Assembly (NCBI RefSeq): GCF_001194135.2 | Contig: NC_068984.1 | Coordinates: forward strand, 114,303,322-114,367,321 | Reading direction: 5' to 3' | From: Octopus bimaculoides | Taxonomy: Eukaryota | DNA length: 64,000 nucleotides | In this document: piece after piece, positions 35,614-49,140 of the stretch | How positions within the stretch are numbered: the stretch's first letter is position 1 | Layout of the letters: each line of letters opens with the position of its first letter | Translations under genes and position numbers: made by a program | Notes under the pieces: model-generated | What the model was told of the DNA's origin: nothing | Seen by the model: the letters and a program-made list of their open reading frames with translations, nothing else | Databases searched by the model: none

Positions 35614-37249
35614 CTGAAGATACATTTTATTAGTAAGATATTACATTAGTATATTATGTTTTGTTGTTGGTAAAACCTATTTTGAATTTTCGGTCATTAA
35701 GAGATCATTCAAAAGAGAAAGAAACAAACAGACAGAGATTTCTACATATTTACTCAACCAACTCAGTGTAGCAGCAATACATTCTTCAGTAAACTCCCTT
35801 CTAACTTGAGATAACATAAGCTCTAGCATATGCTTGTAGGATCTAGATCAGACATGGGTAAGTATTTCCTAGTATCAGGCTTTATAAGACATTTAAAAAG
35901 TTTTTTAAAAAAGAGCAAAAGGGAATAGTTCAAGTGGACCAATAGTATGAATAAGTTAAGGGGTGATATTCTGGCATTTCCATGTACCCCCAACCCTCAT
36001 GGAATCATAAAGGATGCTGCCCATCCTGCTCTAGACCTGATCAAAGTCAATTTTTGAGAGAAAGAGTGTGTAGAATGTACTCCATTGATCAGCCCCGAAG
36101 AGATGAAAAGTCAAATTCACCAGGATTTGAACTCAGAGCAAAGAGCGGTGGAACTAATACCATCAGCATTATATCTGACATTCTAACAATTCTGCCAATT
36201 ATGAACTTATGCAGAGAATGATCTATGCTAAAAACTTCTCAATTATTAAAATCTCTCTAATTAGTGGGAGAAAGACAACAACTATTTAGCGGCTCACTGT
36301 TAGTGACTCTCAAACAAAAAAGGGTACAATTCCAATAAATAAGAATTTTACGAAATCATTTTCAGGCAGGTTTCACTTGTACTGGACCTCATCACATAGA
36401 ATATATATATATATGATCTACACAAACCTGAGCCTGACAGTATCAGGTGACAAGACTGTATGTATATGTGTGTATGAAAAAGAAAGAATTGTTTAGCAAT
36501 GTAAAAAAAAAGGAAAAGAAAAACTAAGGGAAATAACTCTAACGAGCAAATGGTAAGAATGTAGATAATTGACATTTATAAGAGGTGATATTTCTCAATA
36601 ACTGATATTTCCCTCTTGGATGGAATAACGAAATAGAAACCTAGCACCACTTGTATTTGTTATAGCAATTCAAAGAAAAAAGTAGATAAATTCAGGATGA
36701 ATTTACATGATATGGGAAAAAAAAAATCTGATCTTTGTTAGCAGACAAAGGGGGACAGCTACAGACATGCTCCAGGGCTACTAGACCTCTTGAGTTATTT
36801 TCGTTAGCTTATTTTATTTTAATTTTTATTTTATTATGCAAACTTTCACTGGTCATAAATCTTTGTATTTTTCTATATGCAATAAGTTCTGAAGTTCTAA
36901 AACTTTCAAGGAATTCTTGAGATCTTGAAATTACCCTCCCTCACCTTTCGTTTGAGAGTTGCTAACAATTACCACTAGGCATTTATTTTCTTTCCCTAGC
37001 CGAGAAAGAAATTTCAATAAATTGAGAATTTTTTGTATAGATGTACTGTTCAGTATAGTTCAGGCTGCACCTCTGAAATAATGTTTTTAACAAACATTGT
37101 ATACAGTTTAGAGCATACTGTACATTATGCTCAGTAAAATCATAGAAAATGAATTAGAGTTGGAGTCTGACGATAATGCGACAAAATTTTAGTAAAAATT
37201 TATTATGTTCAACAGAGATGAAGGTGTTAAATAAGTGGTATTGTCGGAG

Positions 37250-39070
37250 AAATAAACTTGCCTAATATGCAGAAAAGGAATAGGTAGGAATTCCATAAGC
37301 TGTACCCAGTGAACCACACATACATAAAAGGTATTATGAAATCATAGACAAGTTTACAGAGAAAGTAAGCTTTGTATATGGCAGATGCATTGGAGCAATA
37401 TGCAGTCAGATCACGTTGAAAATAGATTCTTTTTAATGCTCAGATGGCACACTAGAAGTAGCTTCTGTTAACTAGGTGATGTAATTACCAGGGGACATGG
37501 TTGTTCAGAATGTATAGTAGCCATGGTACAAAGAGGTTGGGAAAAGTTCAGGGAGTTATTATATCATCTGGCAATAAAGGTCTTCTCCTGCAGAGTGAAT
37601 GGCAGGCTGAAGGGCAGATTGTATGATACTTGTGCCAGAATTGCAATGCTGCATGATAGTAAGACATGGGCCTATAATATATAGAAACTTGTGAAGACTA
37701 GAAAGAAATGAAACTAGCATGCTCTGATAGATGTGTAGTGTTAGCATGTAAGAACGTCAGAGTACAAATGAGTTGAGGGAACAATTGAGTATAAGAGTAA
37801 CCAGGCATAATGTACAAGACAGAAGGCTGTGCTGGTACGTGATTCATATGGACAATGAGTACTGCATAACAAAGTGCCAAGAAGTTCAAGGTAGTGGAAC
37901 CAGTGGAAGAGAGAGCTAAGAAAAAACTTGAGATGAAGTGGAAAAGGCTGATTTGAAAATGCTGTATCTCAAAGAGGAGATGACAAAATATAGCACAGAT
38001 TGGCAATACATGGTGCTGCAGAAGATTCAACCAGCCATAGCAAAACATTCCATTTATATACTGAAGGAAATTCATTAAAAAAATATGTTGATGTTAGGAA
38101 GAAACTCACCAAGAACTGAGAAACCATCACAAGCTTTCATGCGGAATTTTTGATTATTATTGCTGTCTGAAAGAAATATTTTAAAACTTGATATAAATAA
38201 AGCAAAAAATATAAATATATAATGATAAAAAAACAAAACAAAGGAAACATTTATAAAAATGCATCTAAAATCTCTTTTTTATTGCAAGTATACGAGAAAA
38301 TGTTATAAATGATGAGTAAGAAATTTATATATTTCTTTAATCAGACCCGCTTGTTGGAAGCTTCTGTATGCTGATGACCTTGTTCTTATAGCAGAATCTG
38401 TGGAAGGTTTAGAAAAGAAATTCCAGATATGGTATCAGAATAGAATTGAAGAGCCTCAAAGTAAACTTAGGAAAGAAAACAGGACTGTTGCTGTCAGGAA
38501 AAAGAAAGTTCTTAGTAAGCGAAAAAGGAGTAGTAGAAACTCCATACAATATACCCAATGTAAATAATTGATGCATGAAAGTTGTAGGATCATAAACAGG
38601 CTAATAGCTAAGATAACCCTAATATGAGGCAGATGCACAGGAACATTAAGCATGAAGAGCACTCCAAAAATAGATTCTCTCAATAGCTCAGGAGGCTCTC
38701 TAGGAATAGTCAATAGTTTTTTTTTTTTGTTACTTAGGAGGCCTAACTACCAGTGGGATTGGGTGTTCTAAAAGTATAAATGAGCATTTGAAGAACAGGA
38801 CAGAAAACATTCGGGGAGCTACCACCTCTACAGGTAACAAAGGACGCTCTCCCTCAGAGTGAAGGGCAGAGTGTATGATACTTGTGTGTGAAGCGTGGTG
38901 CGACAGTGTAGTGAGACCTGGGTCCTGAATGCAGAGGAGTTTTGAAGGCTAGAAATGAACGAGGTGAACATGTGTTGATGGATGATGATAATATCTATTT
39001 TTACATAGAGACAATCCTTGATAAAATGGAACACAATAATAAAATTTTCTGATTTCAAGATGGTTGGGAA
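37250..39070 (+). mobile_element. Old RTE LINE remnants
   Basis: LLYADDLVL at ~38360-38390 and a decayed KGRVYDTCV.SVV motif near 38860; heavily interrupted. Confidence 0.7.
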
Positions 39071-39232
39071 ATAAATGAACAAAAGTAAAGCTGGAGGATC
39101 TTGACATTTTAACAATACTAAATCAAATTATAATCTCTTCTCTACCAAAACTGTTTCACTGGAAGAAGAAGATAACTACATGCACTTAAAATGAAAAAGA
39201 TTGTCCATGAGAAGACAATTGAGTTCTTTCTA

Positions 39233-39592
39233 TTGGGTTGGCAACTAAGTTCCTGCTCTTTTTTTAAATGCATGGGTGGGAAGTGCTGCCGCACCCGCCA
39301 TACTCTCCTGATTTTGCACCAACGGATTTCCACCTCTTTCGATCTCTTTCAAATGCTATGCCCGGAGTTTCGTTCAATACTGATGCAGAATTGAGAGCTT
39401 GGTTGGATCAATATATTGAGTCAAAATCGGGTGATTTCTACCAACGAGGTATAGAAAATCTTGTTGAACGTTGGGAAGAAGTTGTAAACAACAAGGGTGA
39501 ATACATTATTGATTAATTAGTTGCTATTTTTCATTAAACCTTTAAAAAAATTTAAATTTCAAAAAATGGCAGGCACTTAGTTGCCAACCTAA
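39233..39592 (+). mobile_element. 360-bp internally deleted mariner with intact TIRs
   Basis: TA at 39231-32 and 39593-94; TIRs ttgggttggcaactaagt / acttagttgccaacctaa; ORF 39268-39516 has HPPYSPDFAPTDFHLF and ends NKGEYIID*. Confidence 0.92.
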
Positions 39593-42500
39593 TAGAAATA
39601 AAGTCTTTAAAATGAAGCCACTATCATAATACAGTCCTATTTGTATAGCAGTATTTAAGCAAGGGAAGTAACTGTCTCAGATTCTTGAGCATTCAATTAT
39701 CATTTTTCACTACTTCGATAAGTATGAGCCTGATGCTCCAGTGCACCACAACAAAACAATGTTCTTTTCATATGTACAGAGAAGGTACAGCTTACCAGCC
39801 CTGGTCAAACCGTCCAACCCATGCCAGCATGGACAACGAACGTTAAAAGATGATGACGATGGTGATGATGATAAACACACACACACAAAATTTCCAGTGA
39901 AATAATTCTAATGAACAATTCAAAATGTGATAGAAAAGATTTAAGTAAAATTCACAGGCAACACATACAAACTGGAATGTTTAGTGGCAGAGCAGAGATG
40001 GTATCTAAATTGTCTCATGGGATAAATATGGCTGAGTCATTAAGAAGCTCACTTCATAACCCAAGTGGTGAGGGCTCAAAACTTATGTGGTTTGGGTTCA
40101 ATTCCACTTCAAAATACCTTGGGAAAGTGTCTTCTGTCATCATGTTGAGTTAACTAATTCCTCGTGAGCTGAATTTGGTAAATGGAAAATGTGTAGAAGC
40201 TTGATGTGTGTATGTGTGTATAATCATTTACTGTTTGGCTTCCATGCTGACATGGGTTGAATGATTCAACTGGATCCAATGAGTCTGGCAGGGTTTTCTA
40301 CAGTTGGATGCCCTTGCTAATGCCAACCACTTTACAGAGTGTACTGGGTGTTTTTTATGTGACACCAGCACCAGTGAGGTTGTCAAGCAACTCACAAGAA
40401 AATGAAACCCCTACTCAGCTAAGTGAGGATGTAGTAGAGTAGGAGGTGGCATTATGTCAGGTGTTGCGAGGTTAAAGCATGGTGGAGGGATAAGAACAGG
40501 TATCCGACTGAAGAAAAGATACATGGCTACAACACATTATATAAGGGCAAGTGGGTAGATGTAAGTGAAAAGACAAAGAAGAGGGTGGTGATAAAGTATC
40601 AGAGATAGAGGAAGGTAGGTGGATAAGTGCGTGTGTGTGTGTGTGTGTGTGAGTGTATGTATTTATGGGGAAGTGTTTGTGTGTGATTCTTTCCTCAACA
40701 TATATTGACAAAACTTGTGAAAAGAATATCAGTGTGAAAACCAGTAAAACTTGTAAGTTTTCTAACAATAAATCATCATTGACGTTTCGATAAACCAGTG
40801 TTGTTGCAGTATTTATCCTCTCCAAGTTGCACAGACACTCTCTTGTTACACTTGGCACTTTAAATGCCTTGAACCAGTGAGTAGCCCATTAGAAATGTGC
40901 AACCTCAGAGTGATATAAAATATAAAATAACATACTTTAAGATTTCAAGTAATATTGGTTTCAAATGTGAACAGATGGAATTTTAAGATAACATGTAAAT
41001 GTTCAAATTAGCAGCTAATACATTCAGTTTACACCAAAGTCTGTTTAAATAAATCATCACCACCATCATTTAATATCTGACTTCCATTCTGGAATGGGTT
41101 GGATGGTTTGACAGAGTTGATGAGTCATAGAACTGTATCATGCACTGATGTCTTCTTTGGATGTTTCTGTAGCTGGATGCTCTTCTGAGCATCAACCACT
41201 ATGCAGAGTGTACTGGGTGCTTTTTCCATGGCACCAGTACTAGTGATGGTCACCTAATAACTTGGAAAGCTAAGGTCCTAAGGTAGCCCCTATAACTGAG
41301 TGAGAACAAGAGAGAGTGTGCAATAATCCTAGGCAGAAAGATGAGAGAATGGACAGTAAAAAGGAAGATTGTGAGAGTATGACAGGGAACAGGAGAGAAG
41401 GAAGGGATTAGTGACAGGGTGGAAAAAAGGGAGAGGTGCAGTTGAAAAAGTGACAGACTGGGGGATGTCTAAAAGGGGGAGTCTAGGGCTACTCACCATT
41501 ATAAGGGTTGAGTATGGACAGGTGTGATGATAAGGGGACATGTGACATGCAAAAAGGAAATGTAGTTTTTAGGAATATTCTCACTATTGCACCTCTGTCT
41601 CTGTGTCATGAGCATAAACCACTTTTAGTAGCATCTAAAATTGTGTTGACACTACATTATGCAGTCTCAACAGCATACAAAAAAAAATTAAAAGATGCTC
41701 TACCTTCTGACTGGCAACAATACAGTCGCTCATATGTCATAACTACTAACCCACAAACATGATGTTTCTTCTCTCTGTCACTTCTAATCTTCTGAACTAA
41801 CAAACTGCATGCCATCTAAAATGAAGCCTATTTAATGTACCAGTCTCTTCTTATCATGTCTACTATCTATCACATTGAAAGCCTTGTAATACACACTTTG
41901 CCAAAAATTACCTCTTCAGGCATTCACCTTCAGAAATTCAAACTGAAGACCAACTGCCAATCTAAGACGGCTTATAAACATGTCATAGAAAATACTCTCT
42001 TTATCCAACTAAATAAAAAATAATAATAAGTATAAAAGGAAGTGTTGGCCAAGTAAACATACAGCAAGGAATTATTTTATCAAATGTCAGAGTAGTCCCG
42101 AAAGTCAATGATCTACTTTCATATCAAATAATCCAATTTACTTTGTGACAAATCCAAGTCAATCTTAGCAGAATTTAAACTTAGATGATCTATTTTAAAA
42201 TTGTTTATAATCATTATTATTGCTGTCATCACTATTTTAACACACCTTGTTTTATGATGGCATGGGTTGACTGGGTTTGTTGTATGGCAAATTGCCATAA
42301 GTCTTAGTCCAGCTTGTACAATCAGAAGATATCTATCAACAATTGTTTATAATTAGATTAAGAAGTATAATCCTTTTATTCACTCTAATCCTTTCTCTGT
42401 ATACATATGAAAAAGAAATTTTCCCTAGAAGTAAAGAAATTGCGACTGAATTTTTGTAACCTACATTCGGTTGGACTGTTTCATAAATGCACCTTCAACA

Positions 42501-42669
42501 TGAGCATAATCATAAATTCATTTCAATTCTATAGAAAATTCTAAAAATTAAATAATTTAAATAAATTAGAATAAATTAGAAGTTTTTTACAGTCAGTCAG
42601 ATCTCAAAGATCATCAACAGTTTTACTTTCTTTTATAAATTCCCATCCCAGATTTTTTGCATTTTCTTG

Positions 42670-42845
42670 AATGGCATAGCTCTGTAGTTAAGCAGTTTGC
42701 TTCCCAGCCACATGGTTTTGGGTTCAGTCCCACTGCATGGCACTTTGGGCAAGTGTCTTTTACTATAGTTCCAGGCCAACCAAAGCTTTGTGAGTGGATT
42801 TAGTAGATGGAAAGTGAAAGAAGCCCAGTGTGTGTGTGTGTGCAT
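42670..42845 (+). mobile_element. tRNA-derived SINE (OR-like), 5' half
   Basis: Head ggcatagctctgtagttaagc...gggttcagtcccactgc followed by the family body and (GT)n. Confidence 0.75.
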
Positions 42846-44204
42846 GTATGTTTATGTTTTCTTGTCTCAACATTACATGACTAGTTGTAAATGACTATCA
42901 CTGTTAAAGAAGCAGTGTAGTTCACTTGCAATAATGTGTGGAAATATGTCTGGCCATGGGAAATGTTACCTCACATGGAAACAGGTGAGGGTTGACAACA
43001 AGAAGGGCATCCAGCCATAGAAAATCTGCCTCAATATACTGCATCCAATCCATGCAAGCATGGTAAAATGGATGTTAAGACAATGTAGCTGCATCACTTA
43101 CAGACTGAATTTAGTCATAAAAAAAAAAATCCAAGCTGCCACCGTTGTTTTAAGTCCACTTTCCATACCAACATCAATTGGATGGATCACCATGGTCAAA
43201 TTCAGCACATATTTGAGGGGTATACTCATCTTGATAGGTCAGTCAAACCCCCATCTTGCAAGCATTTCATTTTCAGCTTGATTTCAATGGCTGCATGCCC
43301 ATTCTAACAACAACCACTTAGCAGGAGTTTATCAAGTGCTTTCTCATGGCACCAGCACTGGAGAAGTGTCATATCCTGAGCAAGACTAACACAAGCCCCT
43401 GTGTCTCTACTCAATTGCCAGTCTCGTTAGAGAGAGAGAGAGAGAGAGAGAGAGAAGCATAAATGAAAGAGGCATAAATGATAGTGACAGGAATCATATG
43501 TAATTGGAGAAGGACTAATAGGAGTACTCAGTATTCTGGACAAGGTATGCATATACAAGGCAATATGACTGAGATGACAGTTCCAATGATTACTCTTACC
43601 CACTTTTGTGCTATGTAAGTAGTCATGTAGTTGTTTTAAAGCAAGAAACCTGTTCTGGCTGTTTCTTTCAAACTTTAACCTTTGTCACCTGGTATAAACC
43701 ACTTCCCTCTCTATTGTAGCCCTACTCAGTCAAAGGAGTTGTTAGTCTTGCAAGCTACAAGCTGATCTCACTAGTGCTGATGCTACAAAAATAGCAGCCA
43801 TCAGACTCTGTAAAGTGGTTGGCGTTAGGAAGGGCACTGGACCACAGAAACCATGCCAAAGCAGATACTGGTACATGATGCAGTTCTCAGATCCAGCAGA
43901 TACTGTAAAATCATCAAAATCATACCAGCATGGAAGATGAATGCTAAAAGATGATGATGAATGAAGAATTTGGTCAGATTAAGCGTATTACCTTTTCCAT
44001 TTAGTGGTATATGAAACCTGATATTTGGAACATAACATAACAGAAAGATTTTCAATTATAATTATGATAGAAGGTTTTAACTTCAATACAATACTTTAAA
44101 CAGGTGGTTTTGTACTAAAGAATCAGAGACAGTCTCGGTTGAGTTGACATCAAAAGAGCTAAAGGAATGTAAATAAATAAAAAACAAAACTGCTTTGAAC
44201 TTAC

Positions 44205-44322
44205 CAACTGAATCTGAACACATATCATTTTCAGTGTCATTTGAGGATTTTTGAAGCAATGTTGGTTCAAATTTTATATTTTTTACATGGTGAAGTCTTC
44301 GTTGGATTTCTTTCTGCAGACT
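44205..44322 (-). CDS. 118-nt coding exon (phase 0-1)
   Basis: tttgatttcag| ... TTG|gtaagt; only one frame open: SLQKEIQRRLHHVKNIKFEPTLLQKSSNDTENDMCSDSV. Confidence 0.75.
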
Positions 44323-44461
44323 CTGAAATCAAATTACATTGATGCATAAATATATAAAACTGACAGTGAGTAGTTCACGGTTTACTTAGAAACCACCACC
44401 AGGTATTAATATTAACACTTTAAATGTTATATTGCTACAGACACAGACACATACAAATAAT

Positions 44462-45362
44462 ATACAAGGTGCATTCAAAAAGTATCTAAATCTTTTTTTC
44501 CTTCCAAAACCAATATTACGTGGGCAAAATCCTTTGGGTGGGAGGTGATGCTATTCTTCCTGTGCATGTGTTAACATTTTCACACCTGTAGGCCACATCA
44601 GTTCCAGGCTGTTACACCTACAGTACAGACATGTAGTGCGCATTAGTCAGATTTTCATTTTCATGTAAAATAACCAAATACATCAAGCAGAGATATTGCA
44701 TCAAGTTTTGCCAAAAAGCTTAGTGACACTTAAGCTCAAACTATCCAGAAGATCCAGCAGGACTTTGGCAATGATACCATGGGCAAAGCTCAGATCAACA
44801 GATCAAGGAGGAGTACAACTGCTTCAAACATGGCTGCATTTCACAAGCCGAAATGAGGAACTGATTTGAGAAGGTTTGGTGAATAGTCATGGAAGACTGT
44901 CATATAACAGTTGCTCATGAAGTGGGAATAAGCACAAGATCAGTACATTCCATTTTAAAAGAGGATATGTGCATGTAGAGAGAGTGTCAGCGAAATTTAT
45001 CCCCCAAGGTGCTGGTGGAGCAGCAGAAGCAACTCTGCATGAAAACTGCTCAGGACATGTTGGACTGTGCAAACCACAACCTAGACTTCATAAAGACAAT
45101 CATCACTGGTGATGAGACATGGGTTTATGGTCTCTGCTCAATGTGTTCAGTCATCTTGCATGAAAACAATAATCCAACAAGTATGCACTACACATCTATA
45201 CTCTAGGCATAACATCCAGGTACTGACGTGGCTTCCAGAGTGAAAATTCTCATACTTGCATGGGAAGATTGGTGTCATCTCCCACCCAAAGGATTTTGCC
45301 CATGTGACATTAATTTTGGTGGGTAAAAATAAAGTCGAATCCTTTTTTTAATGTACCACATA
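44462..45362 (+). mobile_element. Degenerate, internally deleted mariner element
   Basis: Decayed N-terminal transposase with FIPKVL (WVPR-like) and ITGDETWVY; 44520-44560 and 45265-45305 are inverted repeats. Confidence 0.8.
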
Positions 45363-47345
45363 TACAGTACCTAATTTCATATATATACCGGCCCCACTCC
45401 CATAGACACATACACAGTGAACTGTCATCTGTGTGTGTGTGTGTGTCTGTATGTGGGCACCCAAAATGTTAATATGTGAGTGTATGTATATATGCTAGTA
45501 GCATTTGCTTGAATCTCTCTCTCTCTAAGTGTGTGTGTGTGTGTGAAAGAGAGACCGTAATATATCAAATATACACTTGTTAACTCTCTCCCTCTCTGTC
45601 ACACTTTAACCATTCATCATCTGACACAAAATCACCTCCTCCAACGCCCCCTCCCCTCTCAAAGTTTCCTTGTCTTGCAAAGTTATTTGGTGACCCTGCA
45701 AGTGCTGATGCCACTTAAAAATCATCCAGTCCACACTGTAAAGCAGTTGGCATTCGGAAGGGCATCCAGCTGTAAAACCCATGCCAAAACTGACCTCGCC
45801 TATGCCTGTGCCACATAAAAAGCACTCAGCCCCCTCTGTGGGGTGGTTGGTGTCAAGAAGGGCATCCAGCTGTAAAACTGTGTCAAAACAGACACAGAAG
45901 TATGGTGCATGATTTTGCCTGGCCAGCTCCTGTTAAACCAGCCAACTCATGCCAACATGGAAGGAGGGCATTAAACAATGATGATGATGATGATGATGAT
46001 GATGATACAGAGAGAAGTGTGAATGCATATGTCAGTAGCATTTGTCTCAATCTCTTTCTCTATTGCACACACACTTTTGCCATATCCTTTCCACAGTGTG
46101 ATAGATTAGCATGACACTGACGTTACCATTTTAATATAATAGATAGTTTAAGGTGGTGAACTGGTGTGTGTGTTTGTGTGAGTGAGTTCCTATTTCCCTT
46201 GTGTTCATTCATTGGTTTGTAAACAATGATTTTCTGAAGGTGTCATTTGCATGTGGTCTAGGCTTCTGGACTTGTCTTGACATGTTGTATGATCTTTGTC
46301 AACAAAAGGCTTGCTCATATGGTGTCATTTCTTTCCAATTCTCTGCATAAAACATGTTTGGGATGTTTGCTAGACTAGGATCATTATTTGATAGACTAGA
46401 TTATTAGCTCTCTTGGAAAGAAGTGAGGGTTGGCAACAAGAAGGGCACCTGGCTACAGAAAAACTTACTCTCACCTGACCCATGTAAGCATGGAAAAGTA
46501 GCCATTAAAACATTGACAATGAGTTTGGATTGCTCCATGGTCAATAAGAAATCTCACTGATCAAAGAAAATAAGAAATCTTTTGAAGTGGAAGAGAGAAG
46601 AGTTAGTTGTTAGCCCTGATCAAGCTGACCTATGCTCAAAGGAGTTATAACCAAGACCAGCCAATCTTTTTCTTGGGCGTAGTTTCACTCAGACAACAAT
46701 ATCCAAAGTGTTGTGGAATTTTTTATAGGGCGTGATATAAGTGGGATTTTTGCCATTTTTAGCAGGATGAGTGACCACTAGAAGCTTCAGAGATAAAAAG
46801 AGAATTGGTTGAATGAGATTATGTATCAAGTGGAGGAATTGATCTGACAATAATGAAGAACTTTGGAATTTGATGCAAAATCCAAAGCACAAACCTAGAG
46901 GATTCAGTAAAGGCAAAAAATGGTCAAATACCTCGACCTTGTCTCAGTCTGCCCCTTTCAATGGCAACAACTTACAATCATACAGCAGAATGATGTGAAT
47001 GATCACATGCTAGATGCACATTTTTGTGACTACATTGATCCCCAACCTAGATCAAAGTTGGCTTGGAATGCACCACATGCACAATTAATGCATCTGTTAT
47101 ATCTTTGTTCAAAAGATACCATCCAAGCATGGTGTAAACAGTGAGATGTACAATCAGAAAAAACAGGTTCAATATAATCAAAATGGAACTTTACGATGAA
47201 AGTAAACAAACAAAGTTTGTTCTTTTTTAGAAGCGTTGAGATGTATTGTAAGAACAGAAATAAATTTATTTCTCAAACGCGTGATAATGCTATAAATAAC
47301 ATGATCAGGATAAATTATCCATTTATTGCAGGAAAATATGCTACT

Positions 47346-47417
47346 GGCCAGCCATGAGACTTGAACTCACATCTCTGTGATTACACGTCAAGTGTTTTAC
47401 CATTAAACTAAACTGCC
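47346..47417 (-). pseudogene. tRNA-Thr(TGT)-like unit in the left arm of the palindrome
   Basis: A box TAGTTTAATGG, B box GTTCAAGTC, loop cgTGTaa, downstream TTTT; anticodon stem has only 3 of 5 pairs. Confidence 0.7.
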
Positions 47418-47529
47418 CAGCAACGAATTCTTCTGCAATTTTAGAACTTATAAATTTAGTTGAATTTAACGTTAGCGTCTTATGAAGCTAAATTTATAAG
47501 TTCTAAAATTGCAGAAGAATTCGTTGCTG

Positions 47530-47601
47530 GGCAGTTTAGCTTAATGGTAAAACACTTGACGCGTAATCACAGAGATGTGAGTTCGAGTCTCATGGCTGGC
47601 C
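47530..47601 (+). pseudogene. tRNA-Thr-like unit in the right arm of the palindrome
   Basis: A box TAGCTTAATGG, B box GTTCGAGTC, T stem GTGAG/CTCAT, loop cgCGTaa, TTTTT about 10 nt downstream; mismatches in the acceptor, D and anticodon stems. Confidence 0.7.
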
Positions 47602-48216
47602 AGTAGCGTATTTTTCTGCAATAAATGGATAATTTATCCTGATTACACTATTTATAGCATTATCACGCGTTTGAGCAAGAAATCAAAATGGAACTTGTAT
47701 CAATATCTGGCCCTTGCAACATATACAACATCTACTGTTGGAATTGTGATTGGTTCATGATATTCATGTCAGACATCAATGATTGCTAAATGTGGTGTGC
47801 TTCTGTTTGCAAGGCTGTGGATTCATTAGTTAGAGCTAGCTCGACTCTTTCCAAGTGAACACCTATACCAGTACAAGTATGAACACATACGTTATAAATT
47901 TCAAACTCTGACATATGCATTGCTTTACTCAAGTTCCTTTAGTCTTAGCCAAACAAAGAATAGACCTTTTGTCTTACATCCTGGGTGAAAAAAATGAGTA
48001 GTTTAGTCCAGCAGACCAATCAGCTGTGAAGCACTATTTATCATTTGTGCTTTTCTTTGCCTTATCAGACAGTATATACAACTCTTTGGCATTAGCAACT
48101 TTCAAGAGTTGTTATCTGTATTAATAAGTATTGTGTGTGTGTGAAAAGAAACTATTGATAACATAATGTCTTTTGTTATGGTTTCTTTCTTCTATGTTAT
48201 TGAAGAGTATTATTTA

Positions 48217-48255
<39 letters not shown>

Positions 48256-48321
48256 ACCTAAAAGTACAATAGATGATGATCATTATATATACACACACAC
48301 ACACACACGCACATATATATA

Positions 48322-48611
48322 TGCCCCTGGACTGGCTCTTGTGCGGGTGGCACATAAAATGTACTATCCTGAGCGTGACCATTGCCAGTACCGCCTGACT
48401 GGCCTTGTAGGGTTTTCGAGCGAGATCGTTGCCAGTGCCCCTGGACTGGCTCTTGTGCGGGTGGCACATAAAAGACACCATTTCGAGCGTGGCCGTTTTT
48501 GTGCGGGTGACACGTAAAAGCACCCACTACACTCTCTGAGTGGTTGGCGTTAGGAAGGGCATCCAGCTGTAGAAACTCTGCCAAATTAGATTGGAGCCTG
48601 GTGTAGCCATC
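48322..48611 (+). mobile_element. RTE tail copy running into a gap
   Basis: Stem-loop subunits followed by gcacccactacactctctgagtggttggcgttagg. Confidence 0.8.
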
Positions 48612-49049
48612 NNNNNNNNNNNNNNNNNNNNNNNNNNNNNNNNNNNNNNNNNNNNNNNNNNNNNNNNNNNNNNNNNNNNNNNNNNNNNNNNNNNNNNNNN
48701 NNNNNNNNNNNNNNNNNNNNNNNNNNNNNNNNNNNNNNNNNNNNNNNNNNNNNNNNNNNNNNNNNNNNNNNNNNNNNNNNNNNNNNNNNNNNNNNNNNNN
48801 NNNNNNNNNNNNNNNNNNNNNNNNNNNNNNNNNNNNAAAATAATAACGCCACACAGTGGACTTCTCAAAATAACCACATTTAGTACCTAATGCGAGGAAA
48901 AACAACCAACAGAAGACGACCAACTTTCTTTTAAATAAACTTAACTGTGTATCGGCCGATTTCGCGATTACTAGAATGAATCTAGATTTCGTTCATCAGC
49001 ACAGTATTGTCCCAAGAATATATATAAATAAACAGAATTCTCACCTCAC

Positions 49050-49140
49050 CAAAAACGAACACACTACGTATCCGACAGAGTAAAGGGAATGAAGTTTATC
49101 TGTATATATCTTCATCAAAGAAGCGGGAATACTTCCGGGT
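49050..49140 (-). promoter_or_regulatory. Candidate internal promoter and alternative first exon of the - strand gene
   Basis: CpG-enriched patch; ACTTCCGG at 49131-49138; tandem donors |gtgagg (after 49050) and |gtgaga (after 49045); ATG at 49115 gives 22 codons ending in phase 0. Confidence 0.4.

Larger units (their letters stand above)
47272..47675. repeat. 404-bp palindrome: two 188-bp arms (179/188 identical) and a 28-bp spacer
   Basis: 47272-47459 versus the reverse complement of 47488-47675, aligned by eye: 9 mismatches, all transitions, no indels. Confidence 0.95.

Noticed and set aside
47346-47601. Calling the two tRNA-like units functional tRNA-Thr genes
   Set aside because: G at position 33, only 3 of 5 anticodon-stem pairs, a G-G pair in the acceptor stem, and different anticodons in the two arms.
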